Part shown: in pieces, positions 48,945 through 61,745 of the stretch
How positions within the stretch are numbered: the first letter of the stretch is position 1
How the letters are laid out: the number at the start of each line of letters is the position of its first letter
Source of the DNA: Mobula birostris
Lineage: Eukaryota
NCBI RefSeq assembly: GCF_030028105.1
Contig: NC_092379.1
Span: 20,809,309-20,873,308, forward strand
Length of the DNA: 64,000 nt
Direction of reading: 5' to 3'
Position numbers and translations under genes: made by a program
The notes under the pieces: model-generated
Told to the model about the DNA's origin: nothing
What the model saw: the letters and a program-made list of their open reading frames with translations, nothing else
The model's database searches: none

Positions 48945-51300
48945 GAACATGCAGACCGCCAACCAATAGAGACAGGCGGTCTGCATATTTCTCGAAACAG
49001 ATGAAAAATGGGTGGGAGGACCAGCAGATCTCTTAACCAATGGCCGCAGGGATAGAAACAGGTAGGTGGGAAGTCTGGTTTACTGTGCCTGCCTGACTTT
49101 TTCTCTGGTGTTTCCCTTCTCTGTTTTCCCTTGGCAAACAGCCTGTGGTGGGAATGGCCTGTGTATGATTACATCCCAACATTCCCGCAAACATCCTCTC
49201 CACATCAACCCCTTCGGGGCCTTTCAATCGTCGATCGGTTTCTGAGGTTTTTATGGTGGTTGACAAAAGGCTTTAAGGTGAATTACCAACACCTTCTGAA
49301 GCAGTGTGGGTGAGCATATCATGACACACATTTTTATATTTGACCCCATAATTTATTTGTATCAAGTTTTATAAGAAGACTTGTGTTCTTAAGGAACTGC
49401 ACTATATATTTAAAGCAATAATCCAGCGACCCTTTCTGCAAAATGCTATTAATGTTAAATTGAATTTTATTTTGTGATAACTCTAAAATCAACCATCCCC
49501 GCTCTTGATTATATCATGTTGATTACAATATTCACACCTCCCATTATTGTGTTTCTTCTTTAAAAACAGTACTTTAACCTTGTGCCCAAACCTCAATCTT
49601 GATGTTATCACCTCCTCCCCCTGCTCTTTCCTGCATTTCTCAACCATCACAATGCTTTTTGGATATTATTTCAAGTCAAAATAAGGATTGTATTAGCTCA
49701 CATAAAATATCTGGTCTTTCTGCTGAATGTAAATATTTTAGACTCCTGATTCCTGTGCTTGAATCAGACAATATTACAACTGTCATTGGCCTCACTACCA
49801 GCCCTATCCCTCATCTACTATTGCCATTTTGAAGCATGTGTGGACATTTGTAAATATCCATAATAATTATTATTTACATAAGATTCCACCACACCATTTA
49901 AGATCACTTCTCTATTTTTCTATCTCATTTTGAATAATTCAGGATCCACTTCTGGTGCTTCACACAGTCATGGAGACAGCCCAGGAAAAGGGACTGTATC
50001 ACTCACTGCCTTTTTACTAACTCCTATTCTTTCTGCTTTTCCCTCAATAGTCCATGCAAGACTTCTGATTTCCTTCTTTCCTTTTCCCAGCATGGATCTG
50101 GAAGCTGTTTACTTGGATGATTTTCTCCAGGCCCTTGTAGGTTCACCCAATATGTTACCACAAGCTGTGTTCTTCTCAGTTCCAGAGGTGTCTCTCCCAA
50201 CTCCACCTGCATTGCCACCACTGCTGTTGTCCTCATTGCCCCACTGATTAACCTTAATGCTTGACTGTGAATTATATCCAGTTTATTGACCACACAGTGT
50301 GATCCTGATTCTATACCATACGTCCATAGTTCAGTATTGATCTTATTAATCCTATATATATTGCTTTCAAAGATTTCCTATCAGCTTCCCTTTTCTTTCC
50401 TGTTAAACACCTCATAACATTTAGATCTTTCTTACTTTTAATATGTGTTGACCATGTGAGGCTTTTATCTCACCAACTTCCCACACGTTCTAATTCTATA
50501 CCAAGGTTTTAGTTTCAAGTGTTGTTCTGTCCTCCTCCTTGTGAAAAGCATTGTGTTGGATTTCTCAGCTGAAAATCTGAATTCCCATTTTCATGCCCAA
50601 TCTTCCACCTTAACCTTTGCCTCTTAAAGTTTCCGTGTTATAAATTTCACATTCCCACCCCTTTTCCACATAGCTCCATCGTCCACACAATGAAATTCCA
50701 ATACCACTATTTATATTAGAAAATATACCATTTATTATTATAGTAAATAGTAATGGACTAACAACACCTCCCTGAGGGGTTCTCTTTTCCATAATTGGTT
50801 CACTTGACTCATTTCCCTTGTCGCACCATGATAGGTCTACCAATTTAAAAATCCTTTATCCAATTTAGCATTCAACCTCAAATTCCCAATTCATATAACT
50901 TAAAATCAAACCTTCCCCTTCAGATAATTCTGGGTATCCAATGTCCCTGGTGACAGCATTCATTCTTTTTATCATCTTCCAATCACTGTCAATGGGTGTT
51001 TGTATTCCTCCGCAGTCACAAATGGTACTCCAGTATTCCTGTTTCACCTTTCAAGTTGTTTTTCTTACTATTGCTTGCATATGTTTATTCTCAATTACTT
51101 TTGGAAAATTGTGTGTCCTCTTTTCCATTCTAAAGGCTCTATTACGATGCCTAATTGTTTCCCCACAATCTTTTCTCCACCACGGCACCATTTTCTTTTC
51201 AGCTCTATTCCATTTCCTTGGGATACTTATTGTTGTCGCTGTCATTATCCCTTCTACAATCTTGTCACATAAAAGATCCACATCCTGATTGATTTCTATA
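48945..51300 (-). mobile_element. Degenerate Nimb/I-clade-like LINE
   Basis: Minus-strand PWWRKDC...RNRAFR, TPQGGVVSPLLF, SQALRLISGAMRTT...QVELGETPLELRR, an RNase H-like VVILSDS, and RLRFGH. Confidence 0.7.
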
Positions 51301-51384
51301 TTTGTTATTCCTGATCACTTGTTTCTTCAGACATTCTGCAATCAGCCTTTTCAAACAGCCGGCATTCCAGTATATTTTCAGATA

Positions 51385-52010
51385 TATCAGAATCAGGCTT
51401 AATCTCACCGACATATGCCATGAAATTTGTTGTCTTTGTGGCTACAGTACAATGCAATGCATAATAAGAGAGTAAAAACCTGTGAATTATTGTGCGTGTG
51501 TGTATATATATATGTAGGTATGTAATTAAATGAGCAGTGCAAAAGTAGAAATAAAACAGTAGTGAGGTAGTGATCACGGGTTCAATTTCCAATCAGAAAT
51601 CAGACGGCAGAGGGAAAGAAGTCCCTGAATCGTTGAGTGTGAACTTTCTGGCTGCTGAACCTCCTTCCTGATGGTGGCAATGAGAACAAGGCATAACCTG
51701 AGTGATGGGGGTCCCGAATAATGGACGCTGCCTTTTTGAGGCATCACTCCTTGAAGATGTCCTGGGTACTACGGAGGCCAGTGCCCATGATGGAGCTGAC
51801 TGAGTTTACAACTCTCGGCAGTTTGTTTCTATCCCATGCAGTAGCCCCTCCCTCCTGCACCCCCATACCAGACCATGATGCAGCCAGTTAGAATGCTCTC
51901 CATGGTACATCTATCAAAATTTGTGATTGTTTCAGGTGACATACCAAATCTCCTCAAGCTCCTAATGGAATATAGCAGCTGTTGTGCCTTCTTTGAAGTT
52001 GCATCGATAT
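51385..52010 (-). mobile_element. Rex/RTE-type LINE 3' fragment
   Basis: Reverse-strand tail (CAGAATCAG) and RT C-terminal remnants resembling other Rex fragments in the window. Confidence 0.55.
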
Positions 52011-52085
52011 GTTAGATCTTCTGGCTCTTCATAAGCAAAAGGTGGAAGAATGTGAATGTGAATTTGGGGCAATAATTGTGAATAG

Positions 52086-52121
52086 GGTCCTGACGAAGGG
52101 TCGCGGCCTGAAACGTCGACT
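52086..52121 (+). ncRNA. Minimal type I hammerhead ribozyme motif within a Penelope-type repeat
   Basis: Stem I GGTC/GACT, core CTGACGA (52090-52096), extra A, stem II GGG-TCGCGG-CCT, GAAAC (52110-52114), palindromic loopless stem III ACGT, cleavage triplet GTC (after 52117). Confidence 0.72.
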
Positions 52122-52239
52122 GTACCTCTTCTTAGAGATGCTGCCTGATCTGCTGCGTTCACCAGCAACTTTGATGTGTGTTGCTTGAATTTCCAGCATC
52201 TGCAGAATTCCTCATGTTTGCGTTTTTAAATATCTTTGT

Positions 52240-55200
52240 GGGCAGGTTTGCTTGTGCTGTTCAGAAGGATTTGAAACAATTTGACAGGAGGTGGGAAATT
52301 GAGTGACAGGGCTAAGGATGTAGTTGTTGGTTTACAAACAGAGGCAGTGTGTCGTGAGACTGCTAGCAAGCAGAGGCTGATGATAGGGCAAAATTGCAGT
52401 CAATGGGATAAGTTGAAATGTAAAAGGAGGACAAAATCGAAAAAGGGTGATGAACACAGGACTGAAGGTGTTGTAATTGAATGCACACAGTATACAGAAT
52501 AAGCTAGATGAACTTGAAACACAGCAACAGATTGACACGTATGACATTGTGGGCATCAGTGAATCGTGGCTGAAAGAAGATTATAGCTGTGAGCTTAATG
52601 TCCAAGGATACACATTGTATTGAAAGGACAGGCAGGTCGGCAGTGAGTGTGGTGTGACCCTCAGAAAGTGTCAAATCATTCTGGGTAGAGCTAACAATCT
52701 GCAAGGATGAAAGAGCCTGATGGGAGTTATACACAGACCTGTGAACAGAATAGCAAAGATGTGGTCTACAAGTTACAATGGGAGATGGAAAATGCATGCC
52801 AAAAGTGCAATATTAAAGCAGTCTTCAGGAATTTCAATATCCAGGAAGATTGGTACGGGTTGCACCTGAACTGGGGGGAGCCAATATCCTGGCTTCAGGG
52901 TTTGTTGATGCTACTTGGGAAAGTTTAAACTAGTTTTTCAGAGGGCTGAGAACCAGAGCCCCAGGTCAGTAGGGGATGGATTTGACCAGAAGTTAGATGT
53001 CAGGGATAGTATTGAAAGGCAAAATTTAAATAACAGGTAGAATGGGTCAGATAGCTTGAAGTGTATATATTTTAATGCTGGGATTATTATGGGTAAGGAT
53101 GATGAAATTAGAGCATGGATCAGTACATGGAACTACGATGTTGTAGACATTACTGAAACTTGGTTGAGAGAGCGGCAGGAATGAGTGATTAATGTGCCAG
53201 GTATTTGGAGTTTTAGAAAAGATAGAGGAGTAGGTAAGGGGGTGGGCAGTTGCAGTCCTGATCAGGGACAATATCACAGCTGCATTCAGAGGAGACATAA
53301 TGGAGGGGTCAGAAACTGAGTCCATTTGGGTGAAACTCAGGGTTAGACAGGGTGCAATCACACTGATGGGATTGTACTATGGACCCCCTAATAGCCACTG
53401 GGATATTGAGGAACAGTGGAACAGATATGTAATCAGATTAAAGAAAAGTGTAAATATAATGGGGCTGGTGTCATGGGGGATTTCAACTTTCTTATTTTAA
53501 ACTGGGGAGGCTTCTTTGTGTAAGGAGTTCAGATGGGTTTGAATTTGTTAAGTAGGTTTCTTAAATCAATATGTGCACGGTCCAATGAAAGGAGGGGCCA
53601 TACTGTACCTGGTTTTGGGGAATGAGCATGGCCAGGTGACTGACCTTTCAGTGGGTGAACAGTTCGGGAATCGTGACCACAACTCATTAACTTTCAGGAT
53701 AGCTATCAACAAGGATAGGTGTGGTCCTTACGGAAGAGATTTAAATTGACACAGGGCAATTTACAAGGGCATTAGGCAGGAACTAAGAAGCGTTATTTGG
53801 GAACACCTTTTCGCTGGCAAGTCCACATCAGACATAAGACCGTGAGACAGGAGCAGTATTAGGCCATTCCACCCATCAAGGCTGCCCTGCCATTCCATTG
53901 TGGCTGATCCCGGAATCCACTCAACCCCATACAGCTGCCTTCTCACCATATCCTTAGATGCCCTGACTGATCAGGAAAATATCAACTTCTGCCCTAAATA
54001 TACCCACAGAATTGGCCACCACTGCAGTCTGTGGCAGAGCATTCCACAGAATTTCTACTCTCAAGCTAAAAAATCCTCCTTTCCTCTGTTCTAAAAGATC
54101 ACCCCTCAATTTTGAACCTGCCCTCTTGTTCTGCATACTCCCACCACAGGAAACATCCTCTCCACATCCACCCTATCTTGTCCCTTCAACATTCGGTAGG
54201 TTTCAATGAGATCTTCCCTCATTCTTCTAAGTTCCAGTGAGTACAAGCCCAAAGCTGCCAAACACTCCTCATATGTTAATCCCTTCATTTCTGGAATCAT
54301 CCTTATGACTCATTCCAATGAAAACACATCCTTTCTGAGATAAGGGGCCCAAAACTGTTGACAATACTCCAAGTGCGGCCTGATCAGTGTCTTATAAAGC
54401 CTCTGCATTATCTCCTTGCTTTTATATTCTACTCTCCTTGAAATAAATGCTAATATTGCATTTGCCTTCTTTACCACAGACTCAACCTGTGAATTAACCT
54501 TCTGGGAGTCTTAGACGAGGACGCCTCAGTCCCTCTGCACCTCTGTTGTTTGAACCTTCTCCCCATTTAGATGATAGTCCACACTGTCGTTCCATTTACC
54601 AAAATGCATCATCATGTATTTCCCAAGATTGTAATCCATCTGCCACTTTTTGCCCATTCTTCCAATTTATCTAAGTCCTACTGCAAATGCATTGCTTCCT
54701 CAGCACTACCTACACCTCCACCTATCTTTGTATCATCCGCAAACTTTGCCACAAAGCCATTAATTCCATTATCTAAATCATAATCAAATAATGTGAAAAG
54801 TAGCAGGTTTAATACTGACCCCTGAGGAACACCACTAGTCAATGACAACCAACCAGAGAAGGCCCTTCTTATTTCCACTTTCTGCCTCCTGTCAGTCATT
54901 CCTCTGTCCATGCCAATATCTCTGCTGTAATGCCATTCAATTTTATCTTGTAAAGCAGCCTCATGTGTTGCTCCTTATCAAATGACTTTCCAAAATTCAA
55001 GTAAATAACATTCATTGCCTCTCCTTTGTCCAGCCTGCTTGTTATTTCCTTAAAGAAGTCTAACAGATTTGTCAGGCAAGATTTCCTAATGCAGAAACTA
55101 TGCGGACTTTGACAGATGTTATCATTAGTCTCAAATACACCAAAACGTCATCCTTAATAAGAGACTTCAATGCTTTCCCAACCACTGAGTTTTGGATAAC

Positions 55201-58200
55201 TTGCCTATAATTTCCTTTATTTTGCCTTCCTCCCTTCTTAAAGAATGGAGGGTGTTTAAAGAGCAATTGAGCCGAGTACAGGAAAGATATGTACCTGTTA
55301 AAAGGAAGGATGGGGATGGAAATATAAGAGAACCTTTGATATCCAGAGAGGTGATGAATTTAGTCAAGAAGGAAAAGAAGAAGTATGTAAAGTTTCAGAT
55401 GTTTGGATCAAAGGAAGCACATGAGGCATGTAGAGAAATCAGAAAGGAACTAAAGGGAATCAGGAAAGCCAGGAAGGGCCATGAAAAGTCCTTAGCAAGT
55501 GGGATTAAGGTGAATCTCAGGGCATTTTATACAGACACCAAGAGTAAGACGATAACTCAGGAGAGGGTGGGACCACTCAAGGATAAGTGGGGGGGGGGGG
55601 AAACAGTTGCTTGAATGCAGAGAATGTGAGTGAGATGCCAAGTGAGTACTTTGGTTCAGTACTTACCAAGGAAAAGGATATGGAGGACCAGGAGATCAGT
55701 GCTGAGTATATAAATACATTAGGGCATTGAGAGGTCAAGGAGGAGGAAGTGTTGGGCCTCCTGATCAGGATTAAGATGGATAAGTCATCAGGGCCAGATG
55801 AGATTTACTCCAGTTTATTGAAGGAGGCAAGAGGTGAGCTTGCTGGGCCCTTGACCAGTATCTTTGTGTCCTCTCTCGCCACAGGTGAGGTCCCAAAAGA
55901 CTGGCAAGTGGCTAATGTTGGACCTCGATTTAAGAAGGGAACAAGGGAAAGTTCTGGGAACTATGGACCAGTAAATCTCACTTCAATTGAAGGGAAATTG
56001 CCAATAAAAATCATAAGGATAGGATATCTGAGCACTTGGAAACCCATGGCCTAATTAGGTAGAGACAGCATGGCTTTATGCGTGGCAGGTCGTGCTTTGC
56101 AAATTGATAGAGCTTTTTGACAAGGTGACAAGACAGACTGATGAGGGGAGGGCAGTGGATGTTGTCTACATGGATTTTAGGAGGGCATTTGACAAAGTCC
56201 CCCGTGGGAGGCTAATCCGGAAGATTAAGATAGATGGGCAACTAATCCAGAAGATTAAAATACATGGGATCCATGGCAAATTAGCTGTTGGATTCAGAGC
56301 TGGTTTGTGCATAGAAGACAGATGGTAGTGGTTTTGGGGACTTGTTCAAGCTGGAGGTCTGTAATTAGTGGAGTTCCATAGGTATCTGTGCTGGGACTTC
56401 TGCTGTCTGTAATGTATATAAATGATCTGGATAAAAATCCAAATGGGTGAGTTAGAAAATTTGTGAATGGTACCAAGAATGGTGCAGTTGTTGGCAGTGT
56501 AGAAGACTGGCAAAGAATACAGCGCAACATTGATCAGCTGCAGATATGGACTGAGAAATGGCAGATGGAGTTTAATCTAGATAAATGCGAGGCGTCACAC
56601 CCCGGGAGGGCAAATGAAAAGAGACAGTACACTTTTAAGAGCAAGGTCTTTTACAGTGTTGTTGAGCAAAGAAATTTTGGGGTCCAAGTTCACACTCCTT
56701 AAAAGTGGCTACACGAGTCAATAAGATGGTTAACAAGGTTTAAGGAATACTTGCTTTTAATATTCAAGGCATTGAGTTTAAAAGTCAGGAGGTTATGTTG
56801 CAACTTTTATAAAACTCAGGTCAGACCACACTGAAGTACTGCATACAGTTCTGGTTGCCCCACTATTGGAAGGATGTTGAGGCTTTGGAGAGAGTCTAGA
56901 AGAAATTTGCCAGGATGCTGCCTGGTTTCGAGGGAAATATGCAATCAAGAGAGTCCACATAAACTTGGGGTGTTTTCTCTAGAGTGTTGGAGGCTGGGGT
57001 GGTGGGGGGGGGGATCTGACAGATGTTTGCAAGATTATGAGATACAAAGATAGAGTGGAGAGAGAGAGTATCTCTGTCCCAGGGTTGAAATATGTATTAC
57101 CAGAGGGAATGAATTTTAGGTGAAGCGGGTAGGTTCAAGGGGATATGAGGGGTGAGTTTTATAATCAGAGAGTGGAGGATGGCTGGAATGTGTTGCCTGC
57201 TGTGGTGGTGGAGGCAAATACATTAGAGATGTTTGGATAGACAAGTGGATGTAGGGAAGAAGGGGGGATATTGACATGGTGTAGGTGGGAGGGATTGGTG
57301 TTTGGGTGTTTTTGATTTGCTTTATCGCTGTTTTGGCACAACAGTGTGGGCCAAATGGCCCGTGCTGTAATAAATTATTTTGGTGCCGCATCCCAAAGGA
57401 AAGAATTTGTAGAATGCCTACGAGTTTTTTTTTAGAGTCGGTGCTGAATGAGCCCACTCGGCGATTAGTTATTCTGGATTGGGTGTGGTGCAATGAACCA
57501 GAATAGAGTGGAGAGTTTAAGGTAAGGGAACACTTGGGAGCCAGTGATCATAATATGATGTACTTCACCCTGCTATTAATTTGAAAAGGAGAATCTAAAG
57601 TCAGTATTACAGTGGAGTAGAGGGAATGACAGAGGCATGAGAGAGGAGCTGGCCAAAATAGATTGGAAGGGGACACTTTCAGGGATGATGGCAGAGCAGA
57701 AATAGCTGGAGATTCTGGGAGCAATTTGAAAGGTACAATATAGAAGCATCCCAAAGAAGAATTATTCGAAAGGCAGGATAACACCAGGCAGCATCTATGG
57801 AAAAGAGTAAACAAACGATGATTCAGGCCAAGACCATTCATCAGTCTGAAACTTTGACGGTTTACTCTTTTTCATAGTTGCTACCAGACCTCCTGAACTC
57901 CTCCAGCATTCTGTGTGTATTGCCAAACACCCCATGGTACTACAGGAGAGATACTAGCATGGATAGAACATTCTCTGATTGGTAGGAGGCACAGAGTAGG
58001 AATAAAGGGAGCATTTTCTGGTTAGCTGCTGTGTTGAAACCACATCTTTTCATGTAAGATGTCAATAACCATATAACAATTACAGCACGGAAGCAGGCCA
58101 TCTCGGCCCTTCTGGTCCGTGCCAAACTCTTACTCTCACCTAGTCCCTCCAACCTGCACTCAGCTCGTAACCCTCCATTCCTTTCCTGTCCATATAGCTA

Positions 58201-60220
58201 TCCAATTTAACTTTAAACGACAACATCGAACGTGTCTCAACCACTTCTGCTGGAAGCTCGTTCCACACAGCTACCACTCTCTGAGTAAAGAAGTTCCCCC
58301 TCATGTTACCCCGAAACTTTTGCCCTTTAACTCTCAACTCATGTCCTCTTGTTTGAATCTCCCCCACTCTCAATGGAAAAAGCCTATCTACGTCAACTCT
58401 ATCTATCCCCCTCATAATTTTAAATACCTCTATCAAGTCCCCCCTCAATCTTCTATGCTCCAAAGAATAAAGACCCACCTTGTTCAACCTTTCTCTGTAA
58501 CTTAGGGGATGAAACCCAGGTAACATTCTAGTAAATCTTCTCCGTACTCTCTCAATTTTATTGACACCTTTCCTATAATTTAGTGACCAGAACTGTACAC
58601 AAGATTCCAAATTTGGCCTTACCAATACCTTGTACAATTTTAACATTACATCCCAACTCCTATACTCAGTGTTCTGATTTATAAAGGCCAGCATACCAAA
58701 AGCTTTCTTCACCACCCTATCCACATGAGATTTCACCTTCAGGGAACTGTGCACCATTATTCCTAGATCCTTCTGTTCTACTGCATTCTTCAATGCCCTA
58801 CCATTTACCATGTATGTCCTATTTTGATTAGTCCTACCAAAATGTAGCATCTCACATTTATCAGCATTAAATTCTATCTACCATCTTTCAGCCCACTCTT
58901 CTAACTGGCCTAAATCTCTCTGCAAGCTTTGAAAACCTACTTCATTATCTGCAACTCCACCTATCTTAGTATCATCTGCACACTTACTAATCCAATTTAC
59001 CACCCCATCATCCAGATCATTAATATATATGATAAACAACATTGGACCCAGTACAGATCCCTCAGGCGCACTACTAGTCACCGGCCTCCAATCTGACAAG
59101 CAGTTATCCACCACTACTTTCTGGCGTCTCCCACCCAGCCACTACTGAATCCATTTTACTACTTCAATATTAATACCTAACGATTGAACCTTCCTAACTA
59201 ACTTTCCATGTGGAACCTTGTCAAAGGCCTTACTGAAGTCCATATAGACAACATCCACCGCTTTACCCTCGTCAACTTTGATTTGGATTACAAAATTGAT
59301 GGCTTTTATGCCCAAGTTTGTGGATAATACTGAGAGAGGTGGAAGGGCAGATACAGTTCAGAAAGCAGAGTGGCTACAGGAATACTTAGACAGATTTGGA
59401 GAATGGGCAAAGGAGTGGCAGATATGATAAAGTGTTGGGAAGTGAATGATCATACACTTTGGGAGAAGAAATAAAAGCATAGACTACTTTCTAAATGGGG
59501 ATAAAATTCAAAAATCTGAGGTCCAAAGGGCCTTGGGAGTCCTTGTGCAGGTTTCCACTTATGTTAATTTGCAAGTTGAGTCTGTTGAATTCATTTCGAA
59601 AGGACTAAAATATGAAAGCAAAGATGTAATGTTCACTTTTTAGAAGGAACTGGTGAGGTCCCAATTGTAGTACGGTGAACAGTTTTGGGCACCTTATCTA
59701 AGAAAGGATATGCTGACATTGATGAGGGTTCAAAGGAGTTTAACAAAATGGTTCTGGGATTGAAAGGCTTATCATATGAGAAATGTTTGATGGCTCAGGT
59801 CTGTATTCACTGGAATTCACAAGAATGAGGGGGGTATCTCATTGAAATCTATTGAATGTTGAAATTCCTCGACAGAGTGGATGTGAAGAGAATGTTTCCT
59901 CTGGTGGGAGAGTCTAGGACCAGAGGACACAGCCTCAGACTAGAGGGTCGTCCATTTAGAACAGAGTTGAGGAGGAATTACTTTTGCCGGAGAGGGGTGA
60001 ATCTGTGTAATTTGTTGCCACGGGCAACTGTGGTGCCCAAGTCACTGGGTATATTTAAGGAAGAGGATGGTAGATTCTTTATTAGTCAGGACATGAAGGG
60101 ATACTGGGAAAAGGCAGGTGATTGAGGCTGAGAGGGAAATTGAGTCAGTCATGATGAAGTGCTGGAGCAGACTCAATGGGCTAAATGGCCTAATTCTGCT
60201 CCAATCTCTTATCTTATGGT
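52240..60220. mobile_element. Nested stack of CR1 fragments in both orientations; includes a less-degraded minus-strand RT/3' end (58063-59280) and a Penelope-type palindrome (57785-57935)
   Basis: Recurrent CR1 motifs. The 236-aa uninterrupted RT C-terminal ORF at 58140-58850 (-) is followed by a CR1 3' tail. Confidence 0.82.
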
Positions 60221-60444
60221 TTTACTCAGGACTTAAAACCTTCGCCCAACTGTGGATCACCCTAAAGTTCTGAACCGGTATTCAGATTCTTGTTCGGGTT
60301 GATTTTGGAGAATACTGTCAGACACCTCTTCATGGGGTTTCAGCTCCTGGAATGAGATGTTGTTTAGTTCACCTGTCCTCACAGGTTAATGTCTGTGCTT
60401 CACATTGTCACACACAATATCACACTCTCCTGTCTATATTTCAG

Positions 60445-60456
60445 GTTCAGCAGTGA
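60445..60456 (+). CDS. IgW: Probable TM2 exon (VQQ*)
   Basis: Acceptor ctctcctgtctatatttcag|GTT CAG CAG TGA in phase 0, matching the TM1 donor. It lies in unique sequence just after the transposon stack, with AATAAA about 125 nt downstream, and gives cytoplasmic tail KVQQ. Confidence 0.72.
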   Translation, partial: VQQ

Positions 60457-60581
60457 CCAGCAGACACACGCCCCACATTCAGTCAAGAGATCCCCGTGTG
60501 GCTGCGATGTTTGGAAATGGAGTCTCCATCTCACTCACTGGGCAATCCGAGGCTACTGCACTGCAACTGCTCATTTCAGAA

Positions 60582-60587
60582 AATAAA
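60582..60587 (+). terminator. Poly(A) signal of the membrane isoform
   Basis: AATAAA downstream of the TM2 stop, followed by a G-rich tract (about 60600-60860). Confidence 0.6.
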
Positions 60588-61364
60588 CCTCTAAATGTAC
60601 TGGGGATGCCAGATGGGAAATGGGGGCACAGAGCCGGTTCAGTGGGCGGAGGGACAGCGGTGGATGATACATTGGGAAAATGGCAGGATATGTGACACTG
60701 GAGGGGGTTTACAGGAGGGGAGAGGAAGGCAGGGTTAAGGCTTGGGAATGGGGAGCAGGGGAATGTGGGTGTGTTTAGTGATGGAGAAGAGGGAGTTGAG
60801 GAAGTGGTTATTATTGTTATGGAGCAAGAAGTTGACATGGGGAGGGGGAGTGTGGTGAAGGATGTTCAGATGTTGTAGAAATCATTGCCTGTAGCTTTTC
60901 TTCCAGTTTTCCACTGGAGTTTATTCATGTCATGATTTGAAATTGTATTCATTAAAAACAAAGAAAAGGAGAACATGAAGTGACTGGAGTTGATAAAACG
61001 GAGGGAAGCCATTCAGCCCATCTTAGTTCCCTCATCACTGCAGAGATTCCATCTGCCTCCACGTACGAGTGGGTAATGCATCCCGGGACAAATATCGGAG
61101 AGATTCCCAGCCGGTAATATATGAGTGTAGTCCCACACGTACTGCTCATGTTCATAAGGGATTTCTCACAGTGGGAACACTGGGGTGCTGCACCCCGAGA
61201 AAGATATTCAGGAAAGCACAGAGGCTCATTGGAAGAGTTTCTCAGAACCCCATTACACATCCCAGAGCAAGATGATGATGGAATGTTTCATAATGAGTAT
61301 CTCAATCCATATTTCAACACATTATCCTAATCTCCACACTCCATGTCCTATAAAACCTCATAGA

Positions 61365-61745
61365 AACATTTCGAATGTTAAAAGGCATGGACTGGGGATG
61401 TGGCAAAGTTGTTTCCCATGATGGGGGAGTCTAGTACGAGAGAGCATGACTTCGGGATTGAAGGGCGCCCTTTCAGAACAGAAATGCGAAGAAATTTTTT
61501 TAGTCAGAGGGTGGTGAATCTATGGAATTTGTTGCCACGGGCAGCAGTGGAGGCCAAGTCATTGGGTGTACTTAAGGCAGAGATTGATAGGTATCTGCGT
61601 AGCCAGGGCATCAAAGGTTATGGTGAGAAGGTGGGGCGGTGGGACTAAATAGGATAAAATGGATCAGCTCATGATAAAATGGCGGAGCAGACTCGATGGG
61701 CCGAATGGCCTACTTCTGCTCCTTTGTCTTATGGTCTTATGGTCT
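61365..61745 (+). mobile_element. CR1 3' end, same subfamily as 5110-5480
   Basis: Highly similar sequence by eye. Tail GTCTTATGGTCTTATGGTCT. Confidence 0.9.

Larger units (their letters stand above)
2073..60456 (+). other. IgW: Complete IgW (omega) heavy-chain gene cluster: L-V(D)-J-CH1-CH2-SEC-CH3-CH4-CH5-CH6/tail-CH7-CH8-TM1-TM2
   Basis: Ordered, co-oriented, GT-AG-bounded Ig exons. A classical VH and CH1 are followed by C domains resembling IgNAR C1-C5/IgW long form. One V and one J is the cartilaginous-fish cluster organisation. Confidence 0.92.

Noticed and set aside
58140-58850. 236-aa minus-strand ORF as a host gene
   Set aside because: A typical CR1 RT C-terminus followed by the CR1 3' tail.
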